Shown in pieces: positions 38,207 through 47,925 of a DNA stretch of 64,000 nt. Source of the DNA: a virus (lineage: Duplodnaviria > Caudoviricetes); the IMG/VR virus record IMGVR_UViG_3300037424_001076, positions 1-64,000 of that record; one strand, given 5' to 3'. How positions within the stretch are numbered: the stretch's first letter is position 1; each line of letters opens with the position of its first letter. A model generated the notes under the pieces. That model had not been told where the DNA came from. It did not search any database and saw nothing but the letters and a program-made list of their open reading frames with translations. Position numbers and translations under genes: made by a program.

Positions 38207-38489
38207 TAGTTTCTTCCTTTAATTTATCAAGATGTTCCATGAGTTCATCTAAATTCATTGCTTTTGAAACTCTTCCCATTCTTATATCTTCATCTGCCTC
38301 TCGTTCACCATCTTGCCATTCTTTTGTCCAGAACCATGCCTGACTCTTATCAATAACTAAAACTGGTGTAATAATTATCTTTCCATCTTGAACAACAATT
38401 TCTAAATTATCACCTTTTTTTATTTCAAGTTCATCCACAACCTCCTTTGGCAATGTTATCTGGGATTTCTCCCTCAATGCTGTAATCAT
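38199..38489 (-). CDS. AbrB-fold antitoxin
   Basis: LREKSQITLPKEV...QAWFWTKEWQDGEREAD; overlaps the toxin gene. Confidence 0.88.
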   Translation of the reverse strand: MITALREKSQITLPKEVVDELEIKKGDNLEIVVQDGKIIITPVLVIDKSQAWFWTKEWQDGEREADEDIRMGRVSKAMNLDELMEHLDKLKEETNV

Positions 38490-38561
38490 TTATTTAGCCT
38501 CCCATTCCTACATTCTTACTTTCTAACTTTATTATACTAGAAAATTTAATGGCTGTATATA

Positions 38562-38759
38562 CTACTCTCGCCTTATCCCATCGCAATTATCGCCTTGAGC
38601 AACCATATCATTCGCTTCAACTCTAGAATCCAAATACCTACCAATACTAGTGTATTTTACACACATAAAACCCTTTGGGCCGACTGTAATATAACGACAA
38701 CATTCATTACCTTGACCGATTTTGCAAATTTCCTTTACGTGTTTTTCTGGAATTTTCAT
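38562..38759 (-). CDS. Cys-rich hypothetical phage protein
   Basis: CKIGQGNECCRY...FMCVK. Confidence 0.65.
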   Translation of the reverse strand: MKIPEKHVKEICKIGQGNECCRYITVGPKGFMCVKYTSIGRYLDSRVEANDMVAQGDNCDGIRRE

Positions 38760-38785
38760 TTTTAAATTCTTCCTTTCCCTTCATT

Positions 38786-38983
38786 CTACTCCTTTACATA
38801 TTTATGCAAGATACTCAATAACTCGCAATATTCCCCGCCATGCAACTTATATAATCTGCTTTTCTTAACTTCTTCCCACTCACCAGATTCCATTGCATTC
38901 ATGATCCTCTTGATGTCGAACCGATTGGTATAACTTTTATATCTACCAGATTTTATCTCATCTATCGCATGTTGTATATTCAT
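38786..38983 (-). CDS. Hypothetical protein
   Basis: GGAGG RBS after an operator-bearing promoter. Confidence 0.6.
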   Translation of the reverse strand: MNIQHAIDEIKSGRYKSYTNRFDIKRIMNAMESGEWEEVKKSRLYKLHGGEYCELLSILHKYVKE

Positions 38984-39092
38984 TTCAAACTTCCTCCTTT
39001 TTATTTTTCTCTCCCTGACCTAAATCTATTTTACCACGAAAATGTATACTTTGTCCACACGTAAACAAAAGAAAAGACGGCCCATGCCGTCA

Positions 39093-39374
39093 TTAATTTT
39101 TTCCATTTCTGACTTGTTCGATCGTATTTTTACCAGAAGAATATAAACCACTAGCAGATAAACCAGTTATTATCCCGATCAAGATCGCAGTTGGGATACA
39201 ATCACGACCACTCGGAATAAAGAAATATGCTGCAAATATCCCAAAGAATATATTTGATAACGGAAAGAATTTCTTATCTAAACCCAATGCCTTAAATACC
39301 TCTGTAATGGACATAATAATTGGAGTAAAGAATATTATCAATTGCCAATCTGATGCATTTAAAATTAAATCCAT
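39093..39374 (-). CDS. Phage holin
   Basis: Three TM segments; ITEVFKALGLDKKFFP...GLSASGLYS at the end of the tail module. Confidence 0.85.
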   Translation of the reverse strand: MDLILNASDWQLIIFFTPIIMSITEVFKALGLDKKFFPLSNIFFGIFAAYFFIPSGRDCIPTAILIGIITGLSASGLYSSGKNTIEQVRNGKN

Positions 39375-39388
39375 TTACTGTCCCTCCC

Positions 39389-39739
39389 TTACGGACATAA
39401 GGTTGGTTCTACGACATCAAAAGTTCTACTCGATGTAAAAACGCTTCCTCCCGGAAATCCTAGACGAACCTCAAATTTATATACACCAGTACTTGCGAGA
39501 TCACCAGATACTATCATATACGAAACTTGACCAGCAGTAGCATTGTAGATCGTCATCGAATGGCTTGTCTTTACATTATTACCATCAAGTATACAAAGTG
39601 ATGGCGAAGTTGCCGTTGCTAAATTAACAACCGAGTCCGATGGATCGTTAATAGTAAAAATTAACAATGTTCCGATATCATTAACTTTTATGACAATCAC
39701 CTCAACTTTGTTCAATGCTAACTTGATAATTAATAACAT
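39389..39739 (-). CDS. BppU N-terminal-like baseplate protein
   Basis: IKVNDIGT...GQVSY...GDL...GVYKFEV. Confidence 0.65.
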   Translation of the reverse strand: MLLIIKLALNKVEVIVIKVNDIGTLLIFTINDPSDSVVNLATATSPSLCILDGNNVKTSHSMTIYNATAGQVSYMIVSGDLASTGVYKFEVRLGFPGGSVFTSSRTFDVVEPTLCP

Positions 39740-41057
39740 TAAAAATCTTAACTACAAAATTTATAGTAATGAATACAGTTGGAGTATTCGTTACATTTGG
39801 ATCAGATACACTAAAAATAATTGTCGCTGGATCTGGATAAATCACATGCGAAAACATAATACCATTAGCAGAAAATGTCGCTGTATTAGGATCAGGATAA
39901 ATAACTAGATTTGTCTTAACACCATTTGCCGAAAATGTAGCTATGGCTGCATTAGGGTATATGGTCATTGCTATTGTAGGGGGTGGGATAGATAAGGTTA
40001 TAACACTAGGTGTCGCATATTGCGTTAATCTTATCGTTCCTGCTGAAACTGTAAAATTAGCAATGGCTGGAGTAGGTTTTTGTGTTAATACAATTCTTGA
40101 AGTTTCCGCACTGAAATTTGCAATAACTGGTGTTGGAAAAATAATATCTCCTACGAAGGCCGGAGATTGTGCCGAAAATGTAGCAACACTTGCTGTAGGC
40201 TGAACCGTTACTGTACCTAATACTATAGTAGGGTTTGGCACGGTAAATGTCGCTGTAACCGAATCAACTATTTGATGTTGACCATTGAATACATCTGCAT
40301 TCGGGGCCGAAAAATTCGCCACTAAAGCAGTAGGCTCATAATTTAACGCTAGTCTTCTTGCAGTAGCAGTTCTTGTTCCATCATTTGTATTAGTCGTTGA
40401 ATCAACTGCAGTCGTTCCACTTGATTCATTAAATTTCCAATAACCGATTAATCCACTTTCTGATCCAGTTAATTCTGTCCATTGATTTGTAGAAATTTCT
40501 GTTGCATCTCTTGCCGTATCCCACAATCTAATTTCATCAATAAATGCAGGAACGTTCGCTGTTGTTGGGTTTGCACTTCCAGAACCAAATGCTCCAAAAT
40601 TTAGATCTTGAGCAGTATCGTTCTGAATTGCTCCAGTAGCAACTGTCTGAGTAACAAAAGATCCATCTAGGTAAATCAAGATATGAGCGCCATCATAGAC
40701 CATTGCCACGGAATGAAGATCATGGGTATTCCAAGTGCTTACACTAGTAGTAACAGTTCTCCGTGTTGCGTCCGTTGCTTCTTTTAAAGAGAAAATAATA
40801 ACTTGACTAGATCTTACAAAATTGACATTCCAACCCAAATCAGCACTACCAGTTAATCCTTTATTAACGACATAACCAGTAGTGAAAGGCATTCCTGAAA
40901 CTATTGTATTAATCCTTATCCTGAACTCAATAGTCATAAATGTTGATGGTTCTAAAGTTACATCTCTTGGTATTTTTACATATGAACCACTACCCGAAAA
41001 ATTATAACCTAAATAAGTTCCTTGAGGGGCTGGCAATATAATTCCTCCTTTCCTCAA
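39702..41057 (-). CDS. LamG/ConA-like lectin-domain tail protein
   Basis: LIYLDG, FIDEIRLWD, GLIGYWKFNE; Pro/Thr beta-repeats at the C-terminus. Confidence 0.8.
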   Translation of the reverse strand: MRKGGIILPAPQGTYLGYNFSGSGSYVKIPRDVTLEPSTFMTIEFRIRINTIVSGMPFTTGYVVNKGLTGSADLGWNVNFVRSSQVIIFSLKEATDATRRTVTTSVSTWNTHDLHSVAMVYDGAHILIYLDGSFVTQTVATGAIQNDTAQDLNFGAFGSGSANPTTANVPAFIDEIRLWDTARDATEISTNQWTELTGSESGLIGYWKFNESSGTTAVDSTTNTNDGTRTATARRLALNYEPTALVANFSAPNADVFNGQHQIVDSVTATFTVPNPTIVLGTVTVQPTASVATFSAQSPAFVGDIIFPTPVIANFSAETSRIVLTQKPTPAIANFTVSAGTIRLTQYATPSVITLSIPPPTIAMTIYPNAAIATFSANGVKTNLVIYPDPNTATFSANGIMFSHVIYPDPATIIFSVSDPNVTNTPTVFITINFVVKIFNVINYQVSIEQS

Positions 41058-41118
41058 AGATAAAAGCTGAGAAACCTGAGTTTTTAGCTCAGGTTAATAA
41101 ATAGGTGGTATACATAAG

Positions 41119-41616
41119 TTAGGTAAGATCAATTATGCCAGCAGTACTCCAAGAAATAGTAAGATCTCCTGAATTTGTCACAATCGGAAATCCGCTATCA
41201 ATATAACAAATCATCGTTGTTCCAGTATCGCTAGTAGTAGTCCCAGCTCCGCCCTCCCTAAGCAAAATAGCTGCTCCAGCAGTACCAGCATTAATGGATG
41301 TCCAAGTCACATCCGTGGCATCAAATACAGCTCTATTATTGGTATTATCTTGTGTCATAGTTTTTGATGCCAACGTTTTTCTACCTGTAGATCCGCCAAT
41401 ACCTCCAGCATATCCTCCCGTTGTGTTATTAAGTTCATAGGATGCTGCATCAGAAGTCGTGCCATCTGAAAATAGATTATCATCGGGATCTACCACATAT
41501 CCAGTTGTTACTAAAGCAACTTTGATTGTGTTTGTGAGTAAACTTATTTTCTTAAATGCACCACTTGAAGAACCTACTGAAAACTTTTTAAAGGTATTAA
41601 AAACTGTATTTGCCAT
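41119..41616 (-). CDS. Structural protein (tail/baseplate)
   Basis: IKVALV...AVFDATDVTW...GDLTISW, a common phage structural family. Confidence 0.7.
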   Translation of the reverse strand: MANTVFNTFKKFSVGSSSGAFKKISLLTNTIKVALVTTGYVVDPDDNLFSDGTTSDAASYELNNTTGGYAGGIGGSTGRKTLASKTMTQDNTNNRAVFDATDVTWTSINAGTAGAAILLREGGAGTTTSDTGTTMICYIDSGFPIVTNSGDLTISWSTAGIIDLT

Positions 41617-41634
41617 TTAATCACAACTCCTTTT

Positions 41635-42924
41635 TTATACATTAGTAACCGTTGGCACTGGGATACTAAATTGAACCACGTTTGCATTTGGGTGATATGA
41701 AAAAATAACTCTCGTTGCATTGACTATTTGACCATCAATATTTGTAGTCGGATTAGTTGCATTATTTGCAATTAGTCCACTATTTTCGTTAAATTTCCAA
41801 TACCCAACCAAACCTGTAGATGTACTTGTATCAACTTCTCCTAACATATTTGCTTGAATTTGAGCAAGTGATCTAGCAACATTCCATATTCTAACTTCAT
41901 CAATAAATCCTTTAAATCGATTATTAGCTGGAATACTCGATCCTGCTCCACCAGCACCGATATTAAGATAATTAGTGTGATCCTGCACAATTGCACCAAC
42001 AAAAGCTGCCTGATCTACAAGAACTCCGTTGATATAAAGAATTAGATTTGCCCCATCATATACACCCGCTATATGATGGATTTCTTCCGTTGATAAACCA
42101 GCTACACTCGCAGTAACATTCCTTTGTGTTCCAGCAATATTACACCTCCAATCAACTCGATTTGTAATTTTTGCTAATGCTAACTGATAATTTAAAAATT
42201 TCATTCCCAAGACAGCAGTTACTCCTTGATCTGCCATATTAAATTTAGTTCTAACTTCAAATGTAATATTAACTGTCGGCTCAATTGTAACATCGGGAGG
42301 TATTTGAATATATGCATTAATTCCATTAAAATCATACCCATAATACGTTTTCTGTGAAATATTAAAAAGATAATTATTTCTTACATTAGCAGATAAATTT
42401 ATAATACATGGTGTAGCATTAACAGTCTGGAAAATTATATCCGACTCATACCAATTGAAACAAATATCAAAATTTGTATCGGTTGCTCCTGCCGTAAATT
42501 CCAATAAATAACTAGTACTTTTTTTCAATATAAATTCCGGTACATCAAGACTGACTTTAATACCAGAAATCATAGAATATGATTCTAATAAATTTCCTGT
42601 TGTTGCAACTGTATAATCTGAAATTGTAAGACTTGAAATCTTATTTGACCTTCTAAAAACATTAAATGTATCATAAGCAACACCAGTTACCCCAGTTGAA
42701 CCTTCATAAAACTTAAACATAGAACCCGATACAGTAGGTATTATGTTCCAATTGTTAATATGGATCAGACTTCCATCCAGTGTTTTTAACTCTATTGTCT
42801 TAGTGGTTGCTGCAGAAACAGTAATACTAGTTTTGAATTCAAATGTTCCTCCACGAAAAATATAATTGAGATCATATGGAGTTGTCCTAAATTCCTTAAT
42901 TATAATCTTGTCAGGAGTTAACAA
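41635..42924 (-). CDS. Tail protein: PYDL...WYE module fused to a LamG domain
   Basis: N-module shared with the next two genes; HHIAGVYDG, FIDEVRIWN. Confidence 0.8.
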   Translation of the reverse strand: MLTPDKIIIKEFRTTPYDLNYIFRGGTFEFKTSITVSAATTKTIELKTLDGSLIHINNWNIIPTVSGSMFKFYEGSTGVTGVAYDTFNVFRRSNKISSLTISDYTVATTGNLLESYSMISGIKVSLDVPEFILKKSTSYLLEFTAGATDTNFDICFNWYESDIIFQTVNATPCIINLSANVRNNYLFNISQKTYYGYDFNGINAYIQIPPDVTIEPTVNITFEVRTKFNMADQGVTAVLGMKFLNYQLALAKITNRVDWRCNIAGTQRNVTASVAGLSTEEIHHIAGVYDGANLILYINGVLVDQAAFVGAIVQDHTNYLNIGAGGAGSSIPANNRFKGFIDEVRIWNVARSLAQIQANMLGEVDTSTSTGLVGYWKFNENSGLIANNATNPTTNIDGQIVNATRVIFSYHPNANVVQFSIPVPTVTNV

Positions 42925-42969
42925 TTTAATGATCCACCTCCCTCCGACTAAAATATAAAGAAATAATAT

Positions 42970-43458
42970 TTAATTGGTAGCTTCATACCAAACAAAACTA
43001 TTTGATACTGTAGTTGCCGCGACACTATTCACGAATCTAAAAAGATACTTTGAATTTTTAGGCAATATCATTTCAGGCGCAATTTGATTTGATTTTGAAT
43101 TAGCAACAAGTGATATTCTATAAATAGCAACACCAGAACTTCCAGATGTAGTTGGATTAGAAAAAAACCCAGTTTGGGATGTTGTATTTACCACCCTGTT
43201 AACATTATAAGGGATTGTACTCAGCGTTGATCCATCCACATCAATTCCATTTTCAACTAATTCAAAAACACAACCACTACTATTCGTAAATATTGAGTGA
43301 CCAATAATATGCATATCCCTATCTGTTGGAGTAACAATTTCATAATTTAATGTCCCAACAATAAGTGCCGTATCTATTACATATTTAAATAGATTACCAG
43401 ATACTACAAATTGTAAATCATATGGATGTTGGCCATCCCTCATAGAAAACGTTTGCAC
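42970..43458 (-). CDS. Structural protein, PYDL...WYE module
   Basis: Paralogue of its neighbours. Confidence 0.7.
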   Translation of the reverse strand: MQTFSMRDGQHPYDLQFVVSGNLFKYVIDTALIVGTLNYEIVTPTDRDMHIIGHSIFTNSSGCVFELVENGIDVDGSTLSTIPYNVNRVVNTTSQTGFFSNPTTSGSSGVAIYRISLVANSKSNQIAPEMILPKNSKYLFRFVNSVAATTVSNSFVWYEATN

Positions 43459-43474
43459 TCATGATGACCTCCCA

Positions 43475-43957
43475 TTAATTACCAGATTCATACCATACAA
43501 AATTAAAATCTATAGGTATATTAGTAGAACCAGTATTTGTAATCCGAATGTTATAATATGAATCCGTTTGTAATATTATCTCTGGTGATATTTGTTCCCA
43601 TATCGTCCCAGATACTAAATTATTGCTTTCAATAACCGTACCACCAGTAGAAGTAACATTAGATGCAATTACCGTTTTTGATGTTGTGCCACTTCTCCTG
43701 TCAACATTATAAGCCAATTGATTAACGGTTCCAGTTGATGATATTACTGGATTTTCTACCAATTTAACATTCATTCCAGTACTTGATGTAAGAATAGATC
43801 TAGCAACAATATGAGTTATTTCCCCAGTACTCGTCTTAATTTGTAAATTAGTAATACCAGTAATAAACCCAGAATTATATTGCCATTGAAACATTTTTCC
43901 AGCAAATGCGAATTGAAGATCATATGGTGTATCCCGAAATGGAGTGAGTTCAAACAT
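43475..43957 (-). CDS. Structural protein, PYDL...WYE module
   Basis: Paralogue of its neighbours. Confidence 0.7.
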   Translation of the reverse strand: MFELTPFRDTPYDLQFAFAGKMFQWQYNSGFITGITNLQIKTSTGEITHIVARSILTSSTGMNVKLVENPVISSTGTVNQLAYNVDRRSGTTSKTVIASNVTSTGGTVIESNNLVSGTIWEQISPEIILQTDSYYNIRITNTGSTNIPIDFNFVWYESGN

Positions 43958-43972
43958 TTTTTATCATCTCCT

Positions 43973-44362
43973 CTAACTCTTCATCTCCATTACCTTAATT
44001 AATGCTGTCCCAGTAAAGGAAATAGCCCAAAGTTTTTGATTTTGATTTTGATCTAACTTTACAGTTGCCGAAACACCTGAATTAACTAGAATTCCATCTG
44101 TTGGCGATAATGTAGACGTGCCTTTGATATAAAAGAGAATGGAAGAATCATTTGTTACAAATAATGTATGCCTCCCATTAAGCCCAGTTGTACCAACTTT
44201 AAGTTCAGTAACACCCGCCGAACTAACACTAACTGTTCCAACTTTAGTGCCAGAACCCCAAGCTGATCCAATTACTTCAGCAATATTTACAGTTAAGCCA
44301 GTAGTTGCAGCTAATACACCACTATTTCGGTGATTCGCTGGTGCTGGAGGAATAAATGGCAT
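43973..44362 (-). CDS. Structural protein
   Basis: Start reassigned to MPFIPPAPANHRN (GGAGG RBS), mirroring the upstream gene's MAAFIPPQNHRN. Confidence 0.7.
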   Translation of the reverse strand: MPFIPPAPANHRNSGVLAATTGLTVNIAEVIGSAWGSGTKVGTVSVSSAGVTELKVGTTGLNGRHTLFVTNDSSILFYIKGTSTLSPTDGILVNSGVSATVKLDQNQNQKLWAISFTGTALIKVMEMKS

Positions 44363-44390
44363 TAAAAAAACCTCCTTTTGATCTAATATC

Positions 44391-45635
44391 CTAGAACTTA
44401 TCCAACCATCGGCATCCAATGCCGATAGCACTTGCTCCCGATGAAAATGCTGTAAACGAAAGTGTTTCACCCGGTAAGGACAACATGATATAGTCAGACA
44501 TATCAATACTTTGACTACCAGTCTTTCCTAATTTAATTGGAAATGTCAAAGTTCCACCACTTACACTGGTGGCTGCAATATCATAGCTCACGACACTATT
44601 ATTGGCATCAATCGAGTGATAACTTGTTCCATTTATTGTTGCATTTTTTAAAATTTGAATATCAACATTTTTTGTTCCATCTGCTGAAACTGATATGAAT
44701 ATTGGCTGAAATGGTATCCTGTTTGTCAATCCTCCAAATACAGTAGAATTTTTCAAGGTAAATATGCTTGTGCGAAGGTTTGCGGATATAGCCTTGGTAT
44801 TAGTGAATGCAAATCCACGGTTGGAAATCAGAGGTGAAGCATTCCCTGTTATCGTACCAGCGCTCCAACTAGATGTCATCATGATAACATTTGTTGCCCC
44901 TGCAGTTTTCTCAACCCTACAAGTAACTGGTAGAACTGGGTTAGAGATAGATGTATTTGTTGTGCTACCGGGATATTCTACTACATGAAAAGGTGTCCAT
45001 ACACCATCTGATCTTAAAATCTCATACACTATTATTGCAGCTCCCAAGTATCCATAAGATATCTTGAATACATTATTTTTCGAGAAATCTGCAGTAATAC
45101 CACTCATTCCAGTGCCATCTAATTTATCCCTATTGAAACTAGACTGGGTAACAATTGTGTCTACCCCTTCTTTTCTAGTCGCTATGCAGAAATTAATGCC
45201 AGTAAATCCTAGATATATCCCATTTTGGTCATCAAATAGGCCGATCTGTTGGTTTGAATCAGCTATTCCTAATACTCCTCCAGCTTGAGTTGTGAATTCA
45301 CATGTGAAGAATGAATAACCTTCCCTTCCAGATCTATATCTTACCGACTGTATGGATTGTAATTGAGCAGTTCCAGCAGCAGCAAGACCACTAGCTATTT
45401 TTGCTTGCGGTACGACACTTGTTACCGCACCTCCTCCAGTTACAGCGTTAATTGTGTCATACGAAGAAACTCCAACTTGAAATGAAATAGTAACTTCATC
45501 TAATTTTGATCCAATTATAGTATCTCCGAATACTGAATATTGGGGGCCTTTCTTGGATGCGTCTCGTAATAATTGTCCACTATAGATAGCTTCTGAAGCA
45601 TTCCTATGGTTTTGTGGAGGAATAAAAGCTGCCAT
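44391..45635 (-). CDS. Tail-associated beta-rich structural protein
   Basis: YRSGREG...QQIGLFDDQNG...SYGYLGA...SISNPVLP motif. Confidence 0.75.
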   Translation of the reverse strand: MAAFIPPQNHRNASEAIYSGQLLRDASKKGPQYSVFGDTIIGSKLDEVTISFQVGVSSYDTINAVTGGGAVTSVVPQAKIASGLAAAGTAQLQSIQSVRYRSGREGYSFFTCEFTTQAGGVLGIADSNQQIGLFDDQNGIYLGFTGINFCIATRKEGVDTIVTQSSFNRDKLDGTGMSGITADFSKNNVFKISYGYLGAAIIVYEILRSDGVWTPFHVVEYPGSTTNTSISNPVLPVTCRVEKTAGATNVIMMTSSWSAGTITGNASPLISNRGFAFTNTKAISANLRTSIFTLKNSTVFGGLTNRIPFQPIFISVSADGTKNVDIQILKNATINGTSYHSIDANNSVVSYDIAATSVSGGTLTFPIKLGKTGSQSIDMSDYIMLSLPGETLSFTAFSSGASAIGIGCRWLDKF

Positions 45636-45689
45636 CTTAAATAATCACCTCGACATTTCAACTATCCGCGATATGCATAATTTATTAAC

Positions 45690-46052
45690 TTAGGTAAATC
45701 TAGTTTTTAATAATCTGCAATTTTTCAATTCCGTACTACCAATTTGATAAAATTCATTATTTAATTGGTAATCAAAATCAAATACACCTTCGAATTGTCC
45801 CCAATAATTTTCAGCATCTACAAGTGTGGGGAAATCCATACTAGAATAAATCTTCCACTTGACAGGCATTTTACTTATATCTGTAGTTGGGCTTGATGCA
45901 GTACAATACGGACAGTTTCCACACATATAACAACTTTCTTCCCTAAAAACAGAATAATCTCCAATCTGTAACTGAGCAACAATTTCATTCATTTCTGAGG
46001 TAGAATTAAAATGTTTTTGAGAAGCGATAAACCAACTTCCCATTTTTATCAC
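45690..46052 (-). CDS. Hypothetical protein
   Basis: Within the tail operon; CYMCGNCPYC. Confidence 0.6.
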   Translation of the reverse strand: MIKMGSWFIASQKHFNSTSEMNEIVAQLQIGDYSVFREESCYMCGNCPYCTASSPTTDISKMPVKWKIYSSMDFPTLVDAENYWGQFEGVFDFDYQLNNEFYQIGSTELKNCRLLKTRFT

Positions 46053-46065
46053 TCCCTTTAATAGC

Positions 46066-47925
46066 TCACGAATCAGCTATCAAAATTAATGGTAGGCTAC
46101 TGATAACTACATGATTTTTCTCGGGTTCACTCAAATAACGATCAACCTCATATATTCGTGCCGAAGATCTCAAAACTGGTTCGAATAGAGTATCAATTAC
46201 TTTTACCGTATCGCCAAGCCTGACTTTCTGGTGTGCACTACCAGAAATAATTTCCAAGTCAGCAATTTCAATTTCATATGTCGTCCTCGGAAAATTATTT
46301 TCCTGAATATAATCCCATGTTTGTTCTAATAAAGTTGTCGGGTTAGATGTTGTTGATGAGAATGAATTCTCGACTGGTAATATATTAGTAGATCCCCTAT
46401 ATCTTCCATATTGACATGTTGCACTAACATCTTCAACATAAATTTGTCCTGTTGATTTAGTAGCTGGATCTCCTAATGCTGTTGACCATGAAACAGTTGA
46501 AAATGTTATATTTGTTGTCCCACCATACCCAAATGCCTTTGTGACCAATCTAGAATTATCGATCATTCTCTTAATACTTTTTATATCACGACTATACTCA
46601 AACCGTCTTCCCCGGTCTTCTCCACGTTGATCCACGATGTCAATATACTGAGCTGTAATATCTGATCCCACAAATTCAACTCTAAATTTCCATTCCCCAC
46701 CACATGTTATTACGATTCTTCTTAACGCTTCCATAACCGTCACTCTGAAAAATCTAAATGTGTGAGTCCCTGTAGGTTCAACAGCTCCAACAATCCATTT
46801 TGTTCCTGAAAGGATAGAATTTAAAGCTGATCCACATGTCACATTTGTCAAGATTAATTCATCTATCCAATCATCAACCAACTCGAAGACCTTATGCTGG
46901 CACACAACATCTTTATATAAATTACCTAGATGGCTTTCCTCAATCCTTAAAATTTCGAATAATTGAATTTGTGCAGGATCATCAAAATCCCTGAAAAATA
47001 CAAGATTACCTTCTATGACTTGTTCTGCATCTTCATGATTTGCAGGAACACTAAATGTTAATTTGTTTTCTTGATTAATTTGTTCCATATGGATTGGATT
47101 ATAAAAAGGGCAAGCAGCACTGGCATTACTCAATACTACTTGCAATCTTCTATTTGAATTTAATATATATAATTGTTTAACTGGTGCAAGCCCCTTTGAT
47201 TCCGCAGTATTATCCTGCAAAAATCTTAAATTGTCAGGGCCAAAATTAAGATCCGTTGCTGTCGTTATCCCAGTTACTACACCAGTATCCGAATATTGCC
47301 ATACTCTCCATTGTGTCCATCCTCCGGCATCCGGCGGGGCACTAGATCCGACATGTAATCTTAACCAATAAGCTGCCCATAACGGCATATCTGATATAGG
47401 CCCAGCAGATGTTGGGTAATTGAAATTGTTCCATGGGTTTTGCATATAATCTACACCAACATAGGCCATAACCGTTCTACCAGTAACTTGTTCAACTCTA
47501 TTCCTAAATGTTTGAACATAATTTAATAGATTCCTAGTCTCTACAGGATCATTTGCAGTTGTTGGCGTGCTTGGAAATTCAACATCCACAACAGGATATA
47601 TATCCCCAAATTCCCCTCCACCTAATCCAACTTGCATTTTAGCTATAAAATTATTAGCTTCGACCACTGCCCTACTAGAAGAATACGTTGGATCATTTGG
47701 TCTAAGAAAATGATATGCTCCAACCAGAATATTATTGGCCCTTGCTCCGGCAGCATTAATCGAAAATTTAGTATCAGAATTACTAGTTCCCATGCTGCAT
47801 CTTAGGTAAGCAAATTTTATATTCCTCGGATCAGTTGCAACCGTTCCCCAACTGATCGTGCTATTAAAACACGAGCAATCGATCCCGATAGTATTAGAAT
47901 CTTTTTTTAACTGCATTACAACCAC
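46066..47925 (-). CDS. Tail-associated lysin/baseplate hub: N-terminal GH25 muramidase plus phage tail (Tal) domain
   Basis: GIDCS, VGAYHF, PVVDVE, WQYSDTG (GH25); then LTFSVP...RGEDRGRRFEYSRDIKSIKR...KVRLGDTVKVID. Confidence 0.85.
   Translation of the reverse strand: MVVMQLKKDSNTIGIDCSCFNSTISWGTVATDPRNIKFAYLRCSMGTSNSDTKFSINAAGARANNILVGAYHFLRPNDPTYSSSRAVVEANNFIAKMQVGLGGGEFGDIYPVVDVEFPSTPTTANDPVETRNLLNYVQTFRNRVEQVTGRTVMAYVGVDYMQNPWNNFNYPTSAGPISDMPLWAAYWLRLHVGSSAPPDAGGWTQWRVWQYSDTGVVTGITTATDLNFGPDNLRFLQDNTAESKGLAPVKQLYILNSNRRLQVVLSNASAACPFYNPIHMEQINQENKLTFSVPANHEDAEQVIEGNLVFFRDFDDPAQIQLFEILRIEESHLGNLYKDVVCQHKVFELVDDWIDELILTNVTCGSALNSILSGTKWIVGAVEPTGTHTFRFFRVTVMEALRRIVITCGGEWKFRVEFVGSDITAQYIDIVDQRGEDRGRRFEYSRDIKSIKRMIDNSRLVTKAFGYGGTTNITFSTVSWSTALGDPATKSTGQIYVEDVSATCQYGRYRGSTNILPVENSFSSTTSNPTTLLEQTWDYIQENNFPRTTYEIEIADLEIISGSAHQKVRLGDTVKVIDTLFEPVLRSSARIYEVDRYLSEPEKNHVVISSLPLILIADS

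Larger units (their letters stand above)
27637..39058 (-). promoter_or_regulatory. Family of ~12 SigA-type promoters with a shared 15-bp GTNNAC-WWW-GTMNAC operator over the -35 box
   Basis: Copies at 27637, 28648, 29239, 29537, 30053, 30759, 32299, 32878, 33247, 33849, 35058, 39044; most have a -10 hexamer 15-18 bp downstream on the minus strand. Confidence 0.8.

Noticed and set aside
27644-39059. TTGTCCACA as DnaA boxes
   Set aside because: The copies are dispersed singly at promoter -35 positions and are explained by the 15-bp operator family.
44363-44506. N-terminal extension of ORF 43973-44506
   Set aside because: It overlaps the upstream gene by over 100 nt; the internal MPFIPP start has an RBS and matches the paralogous N-terminus.
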